A stretch of 64,000 nucleotides of DNA. Source: Azolla caroliniana (Eukaryota; Plantae; Polypodiophyta). Positions 51,442 to 64,000 of the stretch are shown here, one piece after another. The stretch covers positions 15,066,001-15,130,000 of the forward strand of contig JBHGNT010000004.1 of the NCBI GenBank assembly GCA_043228905.1, read 5' to 3'. Position numbers and translations under genes: made by a program. The notes under the pieces were generated by a model, which was not told where the DNA came from, searched no databases, and saw only the letters and a program-made list of their open reading frames with translations. How positions within the stretch are numbered: the stretch's first letter is position 1; the number at the start of each line of letters is the position of its first letter.

Positions 51442-51797
51442 TTCACCTTGTAGTACAGCAAGACAGAGAGCTTCACGTTCTTCTTCTTGTGCTTGATCTT
51501 CTTCGACTGTGTGTATGTTTCTTCTTCCTTTTCTTAGCCCCACCGCGCAACCGCAACACGAGATGGAGAGTGGATTCCTTCTGGATGTTGTAATCAGCTA
51601 GGGTTTGTCCATCCTCAAGCTGCTTCTCGGCGAAGATCGACCTTTGTGTTCCGGGGGCATCCCTTCCTTATCTTGGATCTTGGCTTTGACATTGTTGATG
51701 GTATCGGAGGATTCTACCTCTAAAGTGATGGTCTTACTAGTTAAGATTTTCACGAAGATTTGCATCGTGTCCTACAGTCGAAGCTCTAGACTTTTCC
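51442..51797 (-). pseudogene. RPS27A: 3'-truncated ubiquitin-RPS27a (eS31) fusion retrocopy with short 5' UTR
   Basis: ATG at 51765: [81 protein letters not shown]; two frameshifts. Confidence 0.92.
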
Positions 51798-53838
51798 TTC
51801 ATGACAGTTTGTTCACCTTCCCATTTTCTAAGCCTCAACATGTCGGATCTTACCGAGAGAATAAATCACCTCATGGCAGCCATGCATCAACTTCAACTTG
51901 AGAATGACAACCTTCGGTAATCGTTACTGAAGCTTCAAGTTGGAACACCGATGGAACTCGAAGAAAATAACAACTCTCCTACATCGACAAATGTTCTAGC
52001 TATAGAGCCTGGTTCCTCGTCTATGCTTTCTCTGACTCCTTCCCATCCCACTACAAGTATGGATCCCAATATTAGTTTACCTGACAAGTTCGATGGCATG
52101 AGGAAGCACTTCTGAGGGTTCATAAATCAGATCAAGCTTATTATCCAACTACAACCTCAATGGTATGCGGATGATTTTCGTCAAGTTGGTCTCATTGGGA
52201 CCCTTCTGTCCGGAGCTACACAAGCCTGGTTTGCACCATTGGTCGAAACTTCATCACCACTTCTACAAAATTTTCCTGCCTTTCTAGCAGAGTTTGAGGC
52301 AACATTTGGGGATACGGGCCGACGCCGAACTGCCATCACCAAACTCTATTCATTACATCAAGGTATGCGTCTGGTATCCGTTTATGCCTCTGAATTTAGA
52401 CAATTAGCATGTGATGTTCAGTGGGATTGCCAAGCTCTTTGCGACCATTTTCGTCGGGGACTTCGAAGCGAGATTAAAAATTTACTTCTCAACTTTCTGG
52501 ATCCTACGTCATTGTCGCAAGCCATCACACGCAAGCAGTTAGTTGTGACAATCGGTTGTTTGAGCTTCGTCAAGAGGAACGAGCAACTTCAAGGTGGAAA
52601 CCCTCTTCGAGATCTTCTCCATCATCATCGTACGATGACCCCGTGCCAATGGAAATTGATCGAGCTCGCGCCCCGCCACTCACCGAGGGTGAACAGAGGT
52701 ATCACCGAACCAAGGGACTATGTTTATATTGTGGTGTATCCACCCATCTCATTCGTTTTTGCCCAATCAAGAATAATCAATGACTAATATCTACAAACAA
52801 GACGACAAGACGACCCTAACAACAGGAAAACGACAGTGTCCAACTACAATAGGAGCCATGTGGTTGGACAATCCGCATTCGTGTCGCTCCCATAGTTCGG
52901 CTACATCGATAAAGGATTTCTCCTTTCCGGGAAGCCTCCATTTCAAGTCGATTTCAATTAGATCCTTAGCACTTCTAGATTCCGGGGCAACAACGTGTTG
53001 TATGGACGAACGGTTCATTCATAAACACAAATTCCCAGTTGTCCGGTTGTCCAAGCCAATCCCAGTGGAAGCTATCGATAGACGCACGCTTTCTTCGGGA
53101 GCAATCACCGAAGCCACTGTCCCACTTATCTTACAGCTCGGGGACCACCAGGAGGCCTTAACGTTTTATGTTATCACTTCACCGCGACATCCAGTCATCC
53201 TCGGTTTGTCTTGGCTGAAGGCACAAAATCCACTTGTTGATTGGCGCAATCATTCGATTACTTTCTCCCAAACTAGCTTGGAGGTACAAGCAATATCTCA
53301 TGTTGTTGCAGGCGCTCACCCTCCCATTAATGCAGGAATAAAATCCAAGGCAGATGCTCACATCCCAGTCACAACAAGGAAAATAGTGTAGTGCCTCGTC
53401 CAACAATCCAATGAGGACAACTACTGGCTCACTACCGTCCAAGTATGAAGGCTTCAAGGACATATTTGAGAAAAAGAATGTTGATCACTTGCCTGAGCAT
53501 CGATGCTATGACTGTTCGATCGATATGCAAGAAGGTGCCAATCCTCCCTTTGGCCCAATTTATGGGTTGTTGGAACTAGAACTCCAGGCACTCCGAATGT
53601 ATCTCGATGAGAACCTTGAAAAGGGTTTTATTCAACACTCAAAATCATCAGCAGGAGCTCCTATTTTGTTCGTGAAAAAGAAAGATGGATCCTTACCCCT
53701 TTGCGTCGACTATCGGGGTCTAAACAAGATTATTGTTTGCAACCGCTACCCACGGCCTCTCATCCCAGAGCTTTTGGATCGACTCCGGACTGGGATGATC
53801 TTCTCTAAGATTGACTTATAGGGAGCATACAATTTGGT

Positions 53839-53966
53839 CCTAAAGCCACTATAAAAAGAGGAACGTGATATTATCAAGAACCAAATCGGTTCAACGCCAA
53901 TCTTAAGCCTCCTCGTTGTTCTTGTATCTTTCTTCTTATAATATAATATACTTCTTGTTGTTATCA

Positions 53967-54023
<57 letters not shown>

Positions 54024-56594
54024 CACGTGGTTCTCACACACTCTTTCCCTTCTTAGGACTAATCCTCATTCTTTTCCTCTACCTTTAGTACTAATTCTCC
54101 TTGCCTCTAGTATTGTCCCTGACAGTTTGAACCGATTTTCCTCTTCAGCTTCGTATCCCTCCTTCCCTTCATACTAATCTTCTTATCCTTCCTTCCTCCA
54201 ATACTATGACAATTGTTAGCACTCAAGAATACCAATCTGTTTTCTCGGAGCTGTAGTGCTTGAAAGAAAGGTTTGTCGCATTGGAACAAGAAAATCAACG
54301 GTTGTTGGGGGATCTTCAACAAATCTCTTTAGAAAAGTAGCAAGCGCTACAACAAATGGGGAGTTGCAACAACAACATGGGGAATTAGTGTTACGCGTGC
54401 AACAACTTGAAGCAACCATTGTAGCATTGCAACAACAAGGATCAAGTACTCAAGGGATTCATAAAGAGCCCAAGATCGGCCTTCCTATGAAATTCAATGG
54501 AACGCGAACACAGTTAAGAGGATTCCTTAATCATGTACGATTAGTCATTTAAATGCATCCTTCCCGATATCCCACCGATGCATCACGAGTGGGTCTAGTA
54601 GGCACATTACTGAGCAGCTCAGCTTTGGCATGGTTCGCTCTGTTGTTGGAAAAAAGTTCTCCCCTACTAAATAATTTTGAAGAGTTTATAAGCAAGTTTA
54701 AAACCCGTTTTGGAGATAATGATAGCATAAAGACGACAATCAACAAAATCCGACGATTACGTCAAGGTGATCGTCCAGCCTCCGCTTACGCTACAAATTT
54801 CCGTCTACTCGCTTCCGATATCCCCTGGGATGACCAAGCATTGATGGAGCAATTTCAATACGGCCTATGAAATGATGTCAAAGACTTACTCCTAACTTTC
54901 TCCGAAGAACCAAAGTCGCTCACAGAAGCAATCAATTGAGCGGTACGATGCGATAACCGGATTTTCAAATGATGTTCGGAACGCCAGTTAAAAATGCCAA
55001 GGACTAGGTCAGAGCCCACATACACCTCGGTCGTAGCAAAACCATTTGCAAGGAAGTCATATCATGCATCTCCGGCAAATACTCCAACACCGATGGAAAT
55101 CGACACCACACGTCGCCGTGGACCATTGTTGAAAGAAAAAAAAGCAACGACGCCGAGTAAATCGATTATGTCTTTATTGTGGAGGACCAGGGCATATCGC
55201 AATAAATTGTCCACATAGGCCAAGCAGACAGGTAAATCAAATAGTTACTTGTACTAAACCTGAGTCTATTTCAGTAGGAGTGTCTGATAGTCCTAATAGT
55301 ACTAATAGCCCAAGTCTATCAAACAAATTTGATGTCCTTAGTCAGTTAGAAGAAGAGTTAAATGACTAAGTCCAACCAAAATAGGAGCCGTTTGGTTGGA
55401 CAACCCTGGATCTGTGCAACCCATTAGTGGTTCCATTCCCTCTAAGCAAGTTAGCAATGTGTTCTTAGCTCAAGTAACAATTAGTACTAAAAGTACCTCA
55501 CCAGTACATGTCTTAGCATTCCTAAATTTCAGAGCTAATTCTTGCTTCATGGATAGGAAATTTGCCCAAGCTCATCAGATATCCCTAAGAAAACTCCCTT
55601 GTGCAGCCTCCATAGTAGTCATTGATGGTCCTCCCATTGCTTCTGGAAATATCATAGAAGAGTTAGAGCCAGTTAATATTGTCCTAGATAATTTGGCATG
55701 TGTAGTATCATTTAATATAATTAGTAGCCCAGACCATCCCATTGTTTTGGGATAACCATGGTTCGAATTACATAACCTAGACATAGATTGGAGAACAAGA
55801 TAAATCCAATATGGACAAACTCGATGATCTACTCATAGGATTCCAACCATTTCGCTACTCAAACCGTATCACGACAACACTATTTCGAATCGTATTATAC
55901 CACCTCCACCCTCGATCGAGCTTGAAGCAGAACCAGAGTACGAAGTATCTACCATCCTTGATTCCAAGATTGTTTGCAACAAGCTTTACTACTTGGTTGA
56001 TTGGTTGGGCTATAGCCCAAGTGAGCGTACTTGGGAACCAGTCGAGAATGTGGCAAATTCTTGAGCTCTTGTTGAGGACTTTCATCGACGATATCCCGTC
56101 AAGCCAGGCCCTCCATCTAAGATGACTCGTAGCACTCGTCGTCTTAAGGGGGAGGGGGGGGTTAGTGTCATGATATAGCATGATATGGCATCATATGGCT
56201 TTAAAAGGATTTGAACCCATGACCTTGTGGCACGTGGGCAAAAGCCTTACCATTAAGCTATAAGTTGTAATACAAAAAATATTATTTCCATTTATTATTT
56301 CACTTAGGAAATCCACGTATATTCTAGATTTCTCTAGAACATTCTAGAAATGTCAAGAGTATTCCTAAAGCCATTATAAAAAGAGGCACATGGCATTATC
56401 AAGAACCAAATCGGTTCAACGTCAGTCTTAAGCCTCCTAGTTGTTCTTGTATCCTTCTTCTTATAATATAATATACTTCTTGTTGTCATCATTATCTCTC
56501 TCTCTCTCTCTCCTCTCATGTGGTTCTCACACACTCTTTCCCTTCTTAGTACTAATCCTCATTCTTCTCCTTGCCTCTAGTACTATCCCTGACA
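53839..56594 (+). mobile_element. Gypsy I: internally deleted Tcn1-like element, relative of gypsy A
   Basis: Truncated 5' LTR 53839-54124, 3' LTR 56166-56594; gag and protease closely similar to A; RT-RH-IN missing at ~55810; chromodomain remnant ~55930-56090; G-rich PPT. Confidence 0.9.
54125..54139 (+). promoter_or_regulatory. Self-priming PBS GTTTGAACCGATTT, complementary to AAATCGGTTCAA ~30 nt after the LTR TATA box
   Basis: Direct reverse-complement match to 53883-53894. Confidence 0.82.
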
Positions 56595-56750
56595 CTCATA
56601 TGTGTGGTTTTCATGCAGGGAATCCATTTCGTTATACATGGCACTTATCCACTTGCAGCTGTGGGTGTACCTCTTTGCTTCCTCAAAGCTTTCTGGCTCC
56701 TCCTTGTCGGTTAGCAGCACACACTCTTCTTTCGAAAATCTACGAGTGTT
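56595..56750 (-). mobile_element. Short Tork-like copia fragment related to copia E
   Basis: VLLTDKEEPESFEEAK..KWISAM..EMDSLHENHTYE. Confidence 0.8.
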
Positions 56751-58165
56751 GCTATATCGGACTGGTGTAGTCGGGCAGCTTGTCGGCCACACTGACGCCG
56801 ATTGGGCCGGAAATTCTGGGGACCGCAGGTCTACATCCGGTTATGCGTTTTCACTTGGAAGTGCCACGGTTGCCTGGAGCAGCAAAAAGCAGTCGACAAT
56901 GGTGTTGTCAAGCACCGAGGCCGAATATAGAGGAGCGGTTGTCGTGACATGCGAAGCCATTTGGCTCAAACAACTATTGAAGGATCTGCGAGTGGAGGTG
57001 TCCGATCCGACGACGATTTACTATGACAACCTTAACAACATCCACCTGGCAAAGAACCCTGTCTTCCAAGCCGGACTAAGCACATTGAGGCGCACTACCA
57101 TTTTGTCCGTGAGCGAGTCCTCTCTGGTAACTTGTGGAACTTTTGCATGTTCCAACTGATGAGCAACTTGTTGACATCTTCACCAAACCCTTAGGTCTTG
57201 ACAAGTTGCGGCAAATTTCGGGCATGCTTGGTCTCGAACACCTCGATATGCCTAACTTGAGGGGGAGAGATAAAGCCGAGAAGGAAGATGATGTCCGAAA
57301 AGCCGAATTGGATGATGAATTCGATTTTGGACCAACTGAAGAAGCCAGAATGTTTAGATCGGTTGAAGAAGATGAGGATGAATGGACATGTGCAGAAAGA
57401 TCGGCCAAGTGGAGACTAGTCAGACGCAGGGGGGGCGGCCACAAGGGAAAGCCGAAACCGGAGCCAACCGAATCGAGGGATGGAAAAGCCGAGAAAGGCA
57501 AGAGAGGCGACAGAGTCGAAAATGACAAAGCCGACCGAGCGAAGGCCAAGACCAAGACATGGGCAGATGTAGTCAAGGGCCGAAAGGAGGACGAATCGGA
57601 GACAACCGATTTGGACAAGGGCCGAAACAATTCGGTCAAAATGTTCAATTCAGAGGAGCCGAATCGATTGGCCAATGGGACAAGAGGGCAACCGAAGTCG
57701 ACGCTGACACGGAAGAGCCGACGGGTTGAGGAGCGCCAATACCACGACAACGAGGGAGTTGACATGGGCCAAGGGAGCAGACAAGCTGACCATGAGGGTC
57801 GAGGTGCGCGGCATCGAACGGGTCGAGGAGCGTGAGCAAGGCGTGAAGACGCCATGAGAAGCTGACAACAAGGGTCGGGAAAGATAGACACGATGAACCG
57901 ACCTCAAGTTGAGCTTGAGGGGGAGTGTTGAGCGAACAAGCTCAACCTGATCCAGATCAGCTCTGTAAGCCAGAGTCGGATCGATATTTGGAAGAAAGAA
58001 CCGGATCGATATCTGGAACCAAGAGCCGGATCGGAGTGTAATCGGTAGGCCATTAGAGACCTACGATCCTAGTCTAGTACGTAGGCATATTTTTAGGAGT
58101 TAATGTTAGTCGCTCGGTACAAGCATTGAAGTACTTGTCAAGTACTTATGTCGGTCCTTCTTTAA
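56750..58165 (+). mobile_element. 3' end of a copia of family H (RNase H, charged extension, PPT, truncated LTR from 57926)
   Basis: TDADWAG..RRSTSGY..STEAEY; TTGAGGGGGAG|TGTTGAG. Confidence 0.85.
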
Positions 58166-58256
58166 GGAAATGCTTTGCTTTGACGATGATGATGACCCCA
58201 CTTACATATGTACTTATTGATAGATTGTGGAAATACATACATACATACATACCCCC

Positions 58257-58287
<31 letters not shown>

Positions 58288-58360
58288 CTCTGAGTCTTCT
58301 CTTCTCTCTCTGCCCCGTCTTTCGATCTTCCATGGTTGCTTTCTGCTGCTAACTCTCGCC

Positions 58361-58704
58361 ATGGCCTCTGGGCGGAAGAACAGATGTTCACGCCACCGTT
58401 CTCACAGGCACAAGCAACAAAAAACTGACGATTCGGGAGATTCTGATGCAGACCAAAACCTCAGACATGGCCCAAACCCTAACCCAAACCCGACTGTAAA
58501 ACCTATCCTGAATCTTAATGTTAATGACAACCCTAACGCGACCGCGAACACAACCACTAACAAAACTCCTAACCCTAACCTTAATTCTTCATCTCCCTGG
58601 GCTATGGAACCTCTACACCCCAACGTCGAGGGTCCATCTGTGTTAAAGCAGCCCGAAACAGATAATGCTATAATTATGGACCCAAAAAACTCTTCTTCTT
58701 CTTC

Positions 58705-58740
<36 letters not shown>

Positions 58741-59577
58741 TTCTTCTTCTTCTTCTTCAAAAAGGTGTAATCAAAATTCTAAGGACGCTGCTAAAGGGCG
58801 ATACAATAACAATTTAAGTGAAGCTTCAAAAGGGGGGCATGATAAGTGTTTAACTGAATCTTCGAAAGGAGTGTATAATCAGAACTTTAATGACGCTTTG
58901 AGAAAAGGGCATAATCAGAACTCCTGTGACGGTTCAAAAGGAGGTTTCGATACGAATTTCCGGGAATCTTTGAAAGGAGGGGATAATCGCAATCTCAGTG
59001 AAAGCGCCAAAGGAGAGTATAGTCAGAATTTCAGTGAACCTTTGAAAGGGTATCAGAGTGGTGCGAAAAGGAGAAAGGAAAGCGAGATGGATCGATGGGA
59101 TGGTGGGATCAATACCAGTGAAGCCATGGTAAGTATTCTTGTCCGTCTTGTAGTTCTTAAATGGATTAAAGCCACAATCTTTCCATTGTTGTAGAGGGAA
59201 TATTAGAGAGGAAAAAGTTCATTAGTAAAAAATAAACTTAAAAGATTATTCCAGCTGCTCTGAGAGCAAAGCTTATGGCAAAGCTTGCAGTAGCACCAGG
59301 GATTCTGGGACCAATAGAACAATTTTTTGTATGTTTGCTGAGAATAACTTATGAGAAACATTGGAAACAGGGCTGATAACACGAGTTCTTTTTCAGGATA
59401 GTGATAAAGAATTCAATGGCTCTCAGATGAGTAATTTTATTTCAATGGAGCCTGAAAGGAAAAGGAAGAAAAACGACCCATCACAGAAGGTTTATAAGAG
59501 ATTGGAAGCAAGCACGAAGGTCTCCATTTTTGGATCTCATGGAAAGGAGGAACACAACAAGACTTCCCATGACAAAG
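58361..59577 (+). CDS. First two exons (58361-59128, 59397-59577) of a low-complexity charged protein, possibly HIZ2/At5g53440 (ZC3H13-like) family; continues downstream
   Basis: CT-rich leader, good ATG context, GT/AG sites in frame; SRHRSHRHK..SDAD and KRRKE..DRWDGG motifs recalled from that family (unverified). Confidence 0.6.
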
Positions 59578-60360
59578 GTATGTTTTTTGCTTATTCAGTT
59601 ACATATAACTTAATGCTAACAAAGAGCTCTTCAAGTTTTCATTCTTTTGAATGTAGAAGATAAGAAATTGCATATCTGCCCTTTTGTGAGGATTAGTCTC
59701 ATAGTTTGCTTGTTAAACAATGATGTAATTTTTTGTGTAGTCATGAAACATCCCCATCACATGGATAATGACCCTCGTGCTTCATGAATGGATCTTCCAA
59801 TCCCGTGGAAAACATTACTAAGAGACATCATCACATTTAGTACCAACTTTGGCATGTTTTGGTTTGCCACCTTTGCTAAATTATTGTAGATAAATATGGC
59901 TTCTTATATATTTATTCATTAATCAGATATATGAGTGCCAAAGGTTAAATATGGCTTTTGGCATAAGGATCATAAAAGGGAGATGAGTGGAGATTTTAAG
60001 TAATTTGCCGGATCTTATCTTCATGACATGAAAACTGAGAAGCATGACTTATGGCTGTATATGAATTTGATGGCTATTTGAGGTTAAACGTTGCAACATT
60101 GACAAAAAGCTGTGTGAACAGTAAATGGCATGTTTTTTGACTTTATATGTCACAATGATAATGATTGATTTGAGGGGTCATTATAGCTGATCAAAATGCG
60201 AGGCTCTTTCTCATAGCTCATAACTGAAAATCTATTCTTAGGTTATTCAAAAAATGAAATATCGCAAAGTGCCTCACGATTTCCTTCGTTTTGAAAACCA
60301 TGAAATAATAAAGAAGCCCCATACCACATGGAATCCACATTGATGAGCCCAAAATAGCAT

Positions 60361-60640
60361 TGGCCTAATACAGGGTTTACTCTACTGAAGCAAGGTGGTT
60401 AATAGGGAGACTAATTAAGGCAATTAAATAATGATAACCAGATTAATGTTACCCAAAAATGGCGAAATGCAATTGTTATATAAGAGAAGAGAGCTGGCCT
60501 AATACAGGTTTTACTCTGCTCAATTAAGATGGTTAAGAGAGTGACTTAATTAAGACAATCAAATAATGATAACCAGATTAAATTTACCTGAAATGCATGA
60601 AGTTCAAATGAGTGAGTCTTCTTATATAAGAGAAGAGAGC
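60361..60640. repeat. Diverged ~135-bp tandem duplication in intron
   Basis: TGGCCTAATACAGG..TTATATAAGAGAAGAGAGC occurs twice. Confidence 0.8.
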
Positions 60641-61599
60641 TGCATATGACAATCTAAAAACGATATTCTTTGCATGTATATATCCTTACTTAAACAAATT
60701 TTTTTAACTAGACTTTCTTTACATGAAGAAAAGGTTTTTGAATGGTTTGAAAATTCTGCCAATCTCTTCACATCATGTTACTTTGGATTTTGTTCAATGC
60801 TATGGCTGAAAATCTTACATGTTTTTAATCCTATCGGTAAGAAAATATATAGTGCAAATTGACATGATCGAAATTATGTACTGAAATATTGACATGCAAT
60901 TGAGCTTCTAAGGGATATTTGGAAACATTGAAGCTCCTAGACATTTTGAAATAGCTGGTTCACCTATAGTCTGATTCGGAGTAGAGTATGCCATTAGGAT
61001 AAAAATTTATGTATTGGTCAACCCAAATATGGTTGTAAGACCATATGATGCGAGCTTAGGAATGATAGATGGTGGAATGTCACAGCTATTTATAAGCACT
61101 TGATATTTGCCATTCTTTAGGAAAAAAGGGGTATGAGGAAAGGGGTGTACTGGAGTTCTGAAATTTTTAACGATATGCAAGAGCTGAAGGTGTTAACGTT
61201 TATCAGATACTTTGATGTAATGTATATATATGGCGACACATCACTGAAACGTCATAAGTACAGAAGACAGCCACCTTCTTGAAGGGTACTGTATTGTCAT
61301 CATTGTTTGCAATGGTTAATTGTGTGTGGGTGGAATGGCTGGGGTTTTTCACCAAGATATGAAGGAAAAGATGATATATGTGAGTAGGCTTAACAAAACA
61401 TAGCAAGCATTAACACAGATTCTTATGTCTGTCTGCAAATGGAATGATGCAGTGGTACTGAAATAGAGCAAGCATTAAGAATTAATATACTTTTGCAAAG
61501 AGTCAACTTGACAATAGATATTGCTAATAATAAAATTTGTATTGTCGTTGTAGTTCAATGACATCGATTATAAAATTTGTTTGTATAGTAGATTACAAA

Positions 61600-61850
61600 A
61601 GTGGAATAGGAAAATCTCCTCCATAAGCCATTTTACCAGATGATTTACCATGGAGTGTTTTGTTCTAAAACTTGCTTGCCCAAGTGCTTGTTTATTTTGA
61701 CTTTCAGCCCATGCACCTACCTTCTGCTCCATGATAGTGCTATACAATTTAGCAATAGTTGCGCTTACCATGATTGTGAGATAATTTGATACTTGATTCT
61801 TATCGCTTGATTTAAAAATAGGCTTAATCCAATTCATGAGCCAATCATTT
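61600..61850 (-). mobile_element. LINE RT N-terminal fragment
   Basis: WIKPIFKSSDK..NYLTI..AKLYS..QASFR. Confidence 0.78.
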
Positions 61851-62832
61851 GGTTACACTTAATGTGTATCCTATGAAAGCTTTGATGTGAACATAATTGG
61901 GATGGTTTGAATCTAATTAAGTGTTTGTTGGGTTTCCAACTACCTGTAGATATTGTTTATGTGAACCATTCTACATCTTTGTAATTAGAAGCTCGTTTTT
62001 CTTAATCTACTGATTTTTCCTCAAATCTTCTAAGTGATCTTGTTGTGTGAGACTAGTCTAAGATCCTTGCATTTTCAACAAATGGTATAAGAGCAGGTTT
62101 AGGTTACTTTTTCTATTGTATTCTTCCTACTAGGCATACACAGATTTTTCTTGTTATCTCTTTCCTTCCAAGAACATGTTGAACCTCTCTACCTACAACA
62201 AAAAGTTTGAACAGCGGAAAACTGTAGCAGAGGTGATTTTTCTCTATTTTCACATTTTTCGAAAGTATATTTCGAGTTGATTCTTTTGACTACTTGCACA
62301 CCCAAATCAGATTTTTGGTTCTGGAGATACAAACAAAACAAGTTTTGTAGTCTCACACCCTAATTGCACAGCAATTGCAGTGACCAGTTTTTACAACAAC
62401 AAAACCTGTTTTCAGCACAACACAGTAACTCCTTTATTTCTTTTAGCCCATTGCGTATATGATTCTGTAATATTATATTGCTTTAGTACATTTTGGTGAA
62501 CAAAACCCCAAGTACTTCAATATCTCATCCATGTTTCTTGTTGTAAATTATTTTTGCAATGGCTGAGCAAACTAATATTATTGGCATGCTTAATGCTGAA
62601 GACAAGTTAGATGGTACTATCCTATGTGGTTGCAAAGCAGCTATGGGATGTTGTCATCGGATTTGATGAACGTCCAACTTCAAGAACAACTAACGCAAAA
62701 AATGCTTCAAGCCCCATTCCTCAACAATCCACTTCTTCACAACTTAATTGGGATGGTAAGGATGCTCAAGCCCATGTTCTCATTGCATTGTTAGTCAAAT
62801 GTCACATTGTTCCACATATCCGATCTTGTACC
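61850..62832 (+). mobile_element. Degenerate copia 5' end (LTR 61850-62080, Met PBS-like TGGTATAAGAGC, gag start)
   Basis: LTR matches the reverse complement of 62833-63155; KQLWDVV..WDGKDAQAH gag text. Confidence 0.72.
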
Positions 62833-64000
62833 TGTAGAAAATGCAGGGATCTTCGACTAACTCTCACATAGCAAGATCACTTAGAAGCCTTAAAGAAATA
62901 TCAATAGATTAGGAAAAATGAAACCTGATAACAAAGATGTAGAATGGTTTATATAACCAGTATCTATAGGTAGGTGGAAACCCAACGGTCACTTAATTAG
63001 GTTCACACTATTCTAACAATATTCACACCTAATAGTTACTTAACAAGGTTGATACTATTCTAAGTATGTTCACACTTAACAATTACTTAACTAGGTTCAC
63101 AGTATTATAACTATATTGACACCAAAGCTTTCATAGGATACACATTAAGTGTAACAAACCCCCTTGAAATGAATGGGGTGAACTTGAATGTTGTCACTAT
63201 CCAAGAGTTGGAAGAATGCCCACTTGTGAAAATATTCAAACTTTTCTCTTGATAGAGCTTTTCGTGAATATGTCTGCTACGTTTTCATGAATTGCACCTC
63301 AATGTGTTTTGTTCGTGCATGGAAGACAGGATTTCTTGCAATAACCAAGGCACTTCGACTATCTTTAAGTATACAAGTAGGAGATGGTTGTTCAAGTGAC
63401 AAATCAGGCAATAATCTCCTGAGCCAAACACACTCTACTGTAGTGCTGAATGCTGCTCTATATGCAGCTTCACAACTTGATGTTGCCATTATTGGCTCCT
63501 TCTTGCTGAGCCAGGAAGCTAGGAAACATAGGAATTGCCGATCATGAAACAAGGCCACTATCTGAGACACGAGTGTCGTAGCAGGCAGCCCAATCACTAT
63601 TAGTGAAGGCTGTTAAAAGTAGATGAATTGCCTTCTCCATAGAAGAGGCTGAAATCCATAGTGCCTTTGAAGTAACGGAAAACTCGCTTGGCTGCTTGCC
63701 AATGCTTTATTCTAGGGCTATGCATAAACCTGCTTAATTACGAAACAACATATTGAATGTTAGGTCGCGTGTTGCACAAAATAATCAAAGAACCTACAAC
63801 TTGCTGGTATAAGGGTACATCAATTGGTTCTCCTTTGTTTTGATATAAGAACTTGAATCCTGCTTCTACTAGAGTGGAGAATGAAAGGGTCAGAAATTGT
63901 CAATAGGGCTGAGGAACACTCAAGGCTTTGGGTGTAGCAGTAGAGCGATGGTTGAAAAGATACCTATGCTTGGTTGCGATAGCCAGAGTGCCATCAGTTT
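62833..64000 (-). mobile_element. 3' end of a same-family copia inserted in opposite orientation (LTR 62833-63155, PPT, RNase H/RT)
   Basis: SSCEAAY..ARNPVFHARTKHIEV; PPT reverse complement AACCCCCTTGA next to the LTR. Confidence 0.8.

Larger units (their letters stand above)
45301..53840 (+). mobile_element. Gypsy G: 3'-truncated Tcn1-like chromovirus; 5' LTR 45301-51436 split by copia H
   Basis: TGCCAC..GTGACA LTR, TATA at 45540, gag (WFAPLVE, PMEID, CLYCG), protease LLDSGA, RT start ending at SKIDL*GAYNLV. Confidence 0.85.

Noticed and set aside
51442-51765. Functional ubiquitin gene
   Set aside because: Two frameshifts, substitutions and truncation before the RPS27a zinc finger.
58208-58360. 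N-terminal extension in the 328-aa ORF call
   Set aside because: Made of (TACA)n, (TTAC)n and CT leader repeats; the ATG at 58361 has better context.

Overview
Repeat-dense eukaryotic nuclear DNA from a land plant, probably a non-seed plant such as a fern. That assignment is inferred from spliceosomal introns, a plant-type LETM1 gene and abundant Tcn1-like chromoviruses. Host genes: one intact 15-exon LETM1/EF-hand gene (32132-38533, +) and the first two exons of a low-complexity gene from 58361 (+, possibly HIZ2/At5g53440-like). Most of the rest is nested transposons. 1-21241: a LINE, a near-intact Tork/Tnt1-like copia and a solo LTR inside a Tcn1-like gypsy, itself inside a deleted copia that also hosts a non-autonomous LTR element and another solo LTR. 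23630-31748: a long-TIR MULE-like element carrying a Ulp1-like protease gene. 43691-45192: a near-perfect 157-bp tandem array. 45301-58170: a second Tcn1/copia nest. Most notable: (i) the chromoviruses have self-priming PBSs, and one has an antisense ubiquitin-RPS27a mRNA copy joined exactly at a duplicated PBS, suggesting a host mRNA acted as RT primer; (ii) all four Tcn1-like LTR families begin with an antisense, CCA-ended tRNA-like A/B-box module; (iii) an LTR element has PBS-like motifs at both internal ends and no PPT; (iv) two LINEs share a 3' terminal motif and both sit in (CT)n tracts of LTRs. Coordinates were read by eye and no database searches were run.
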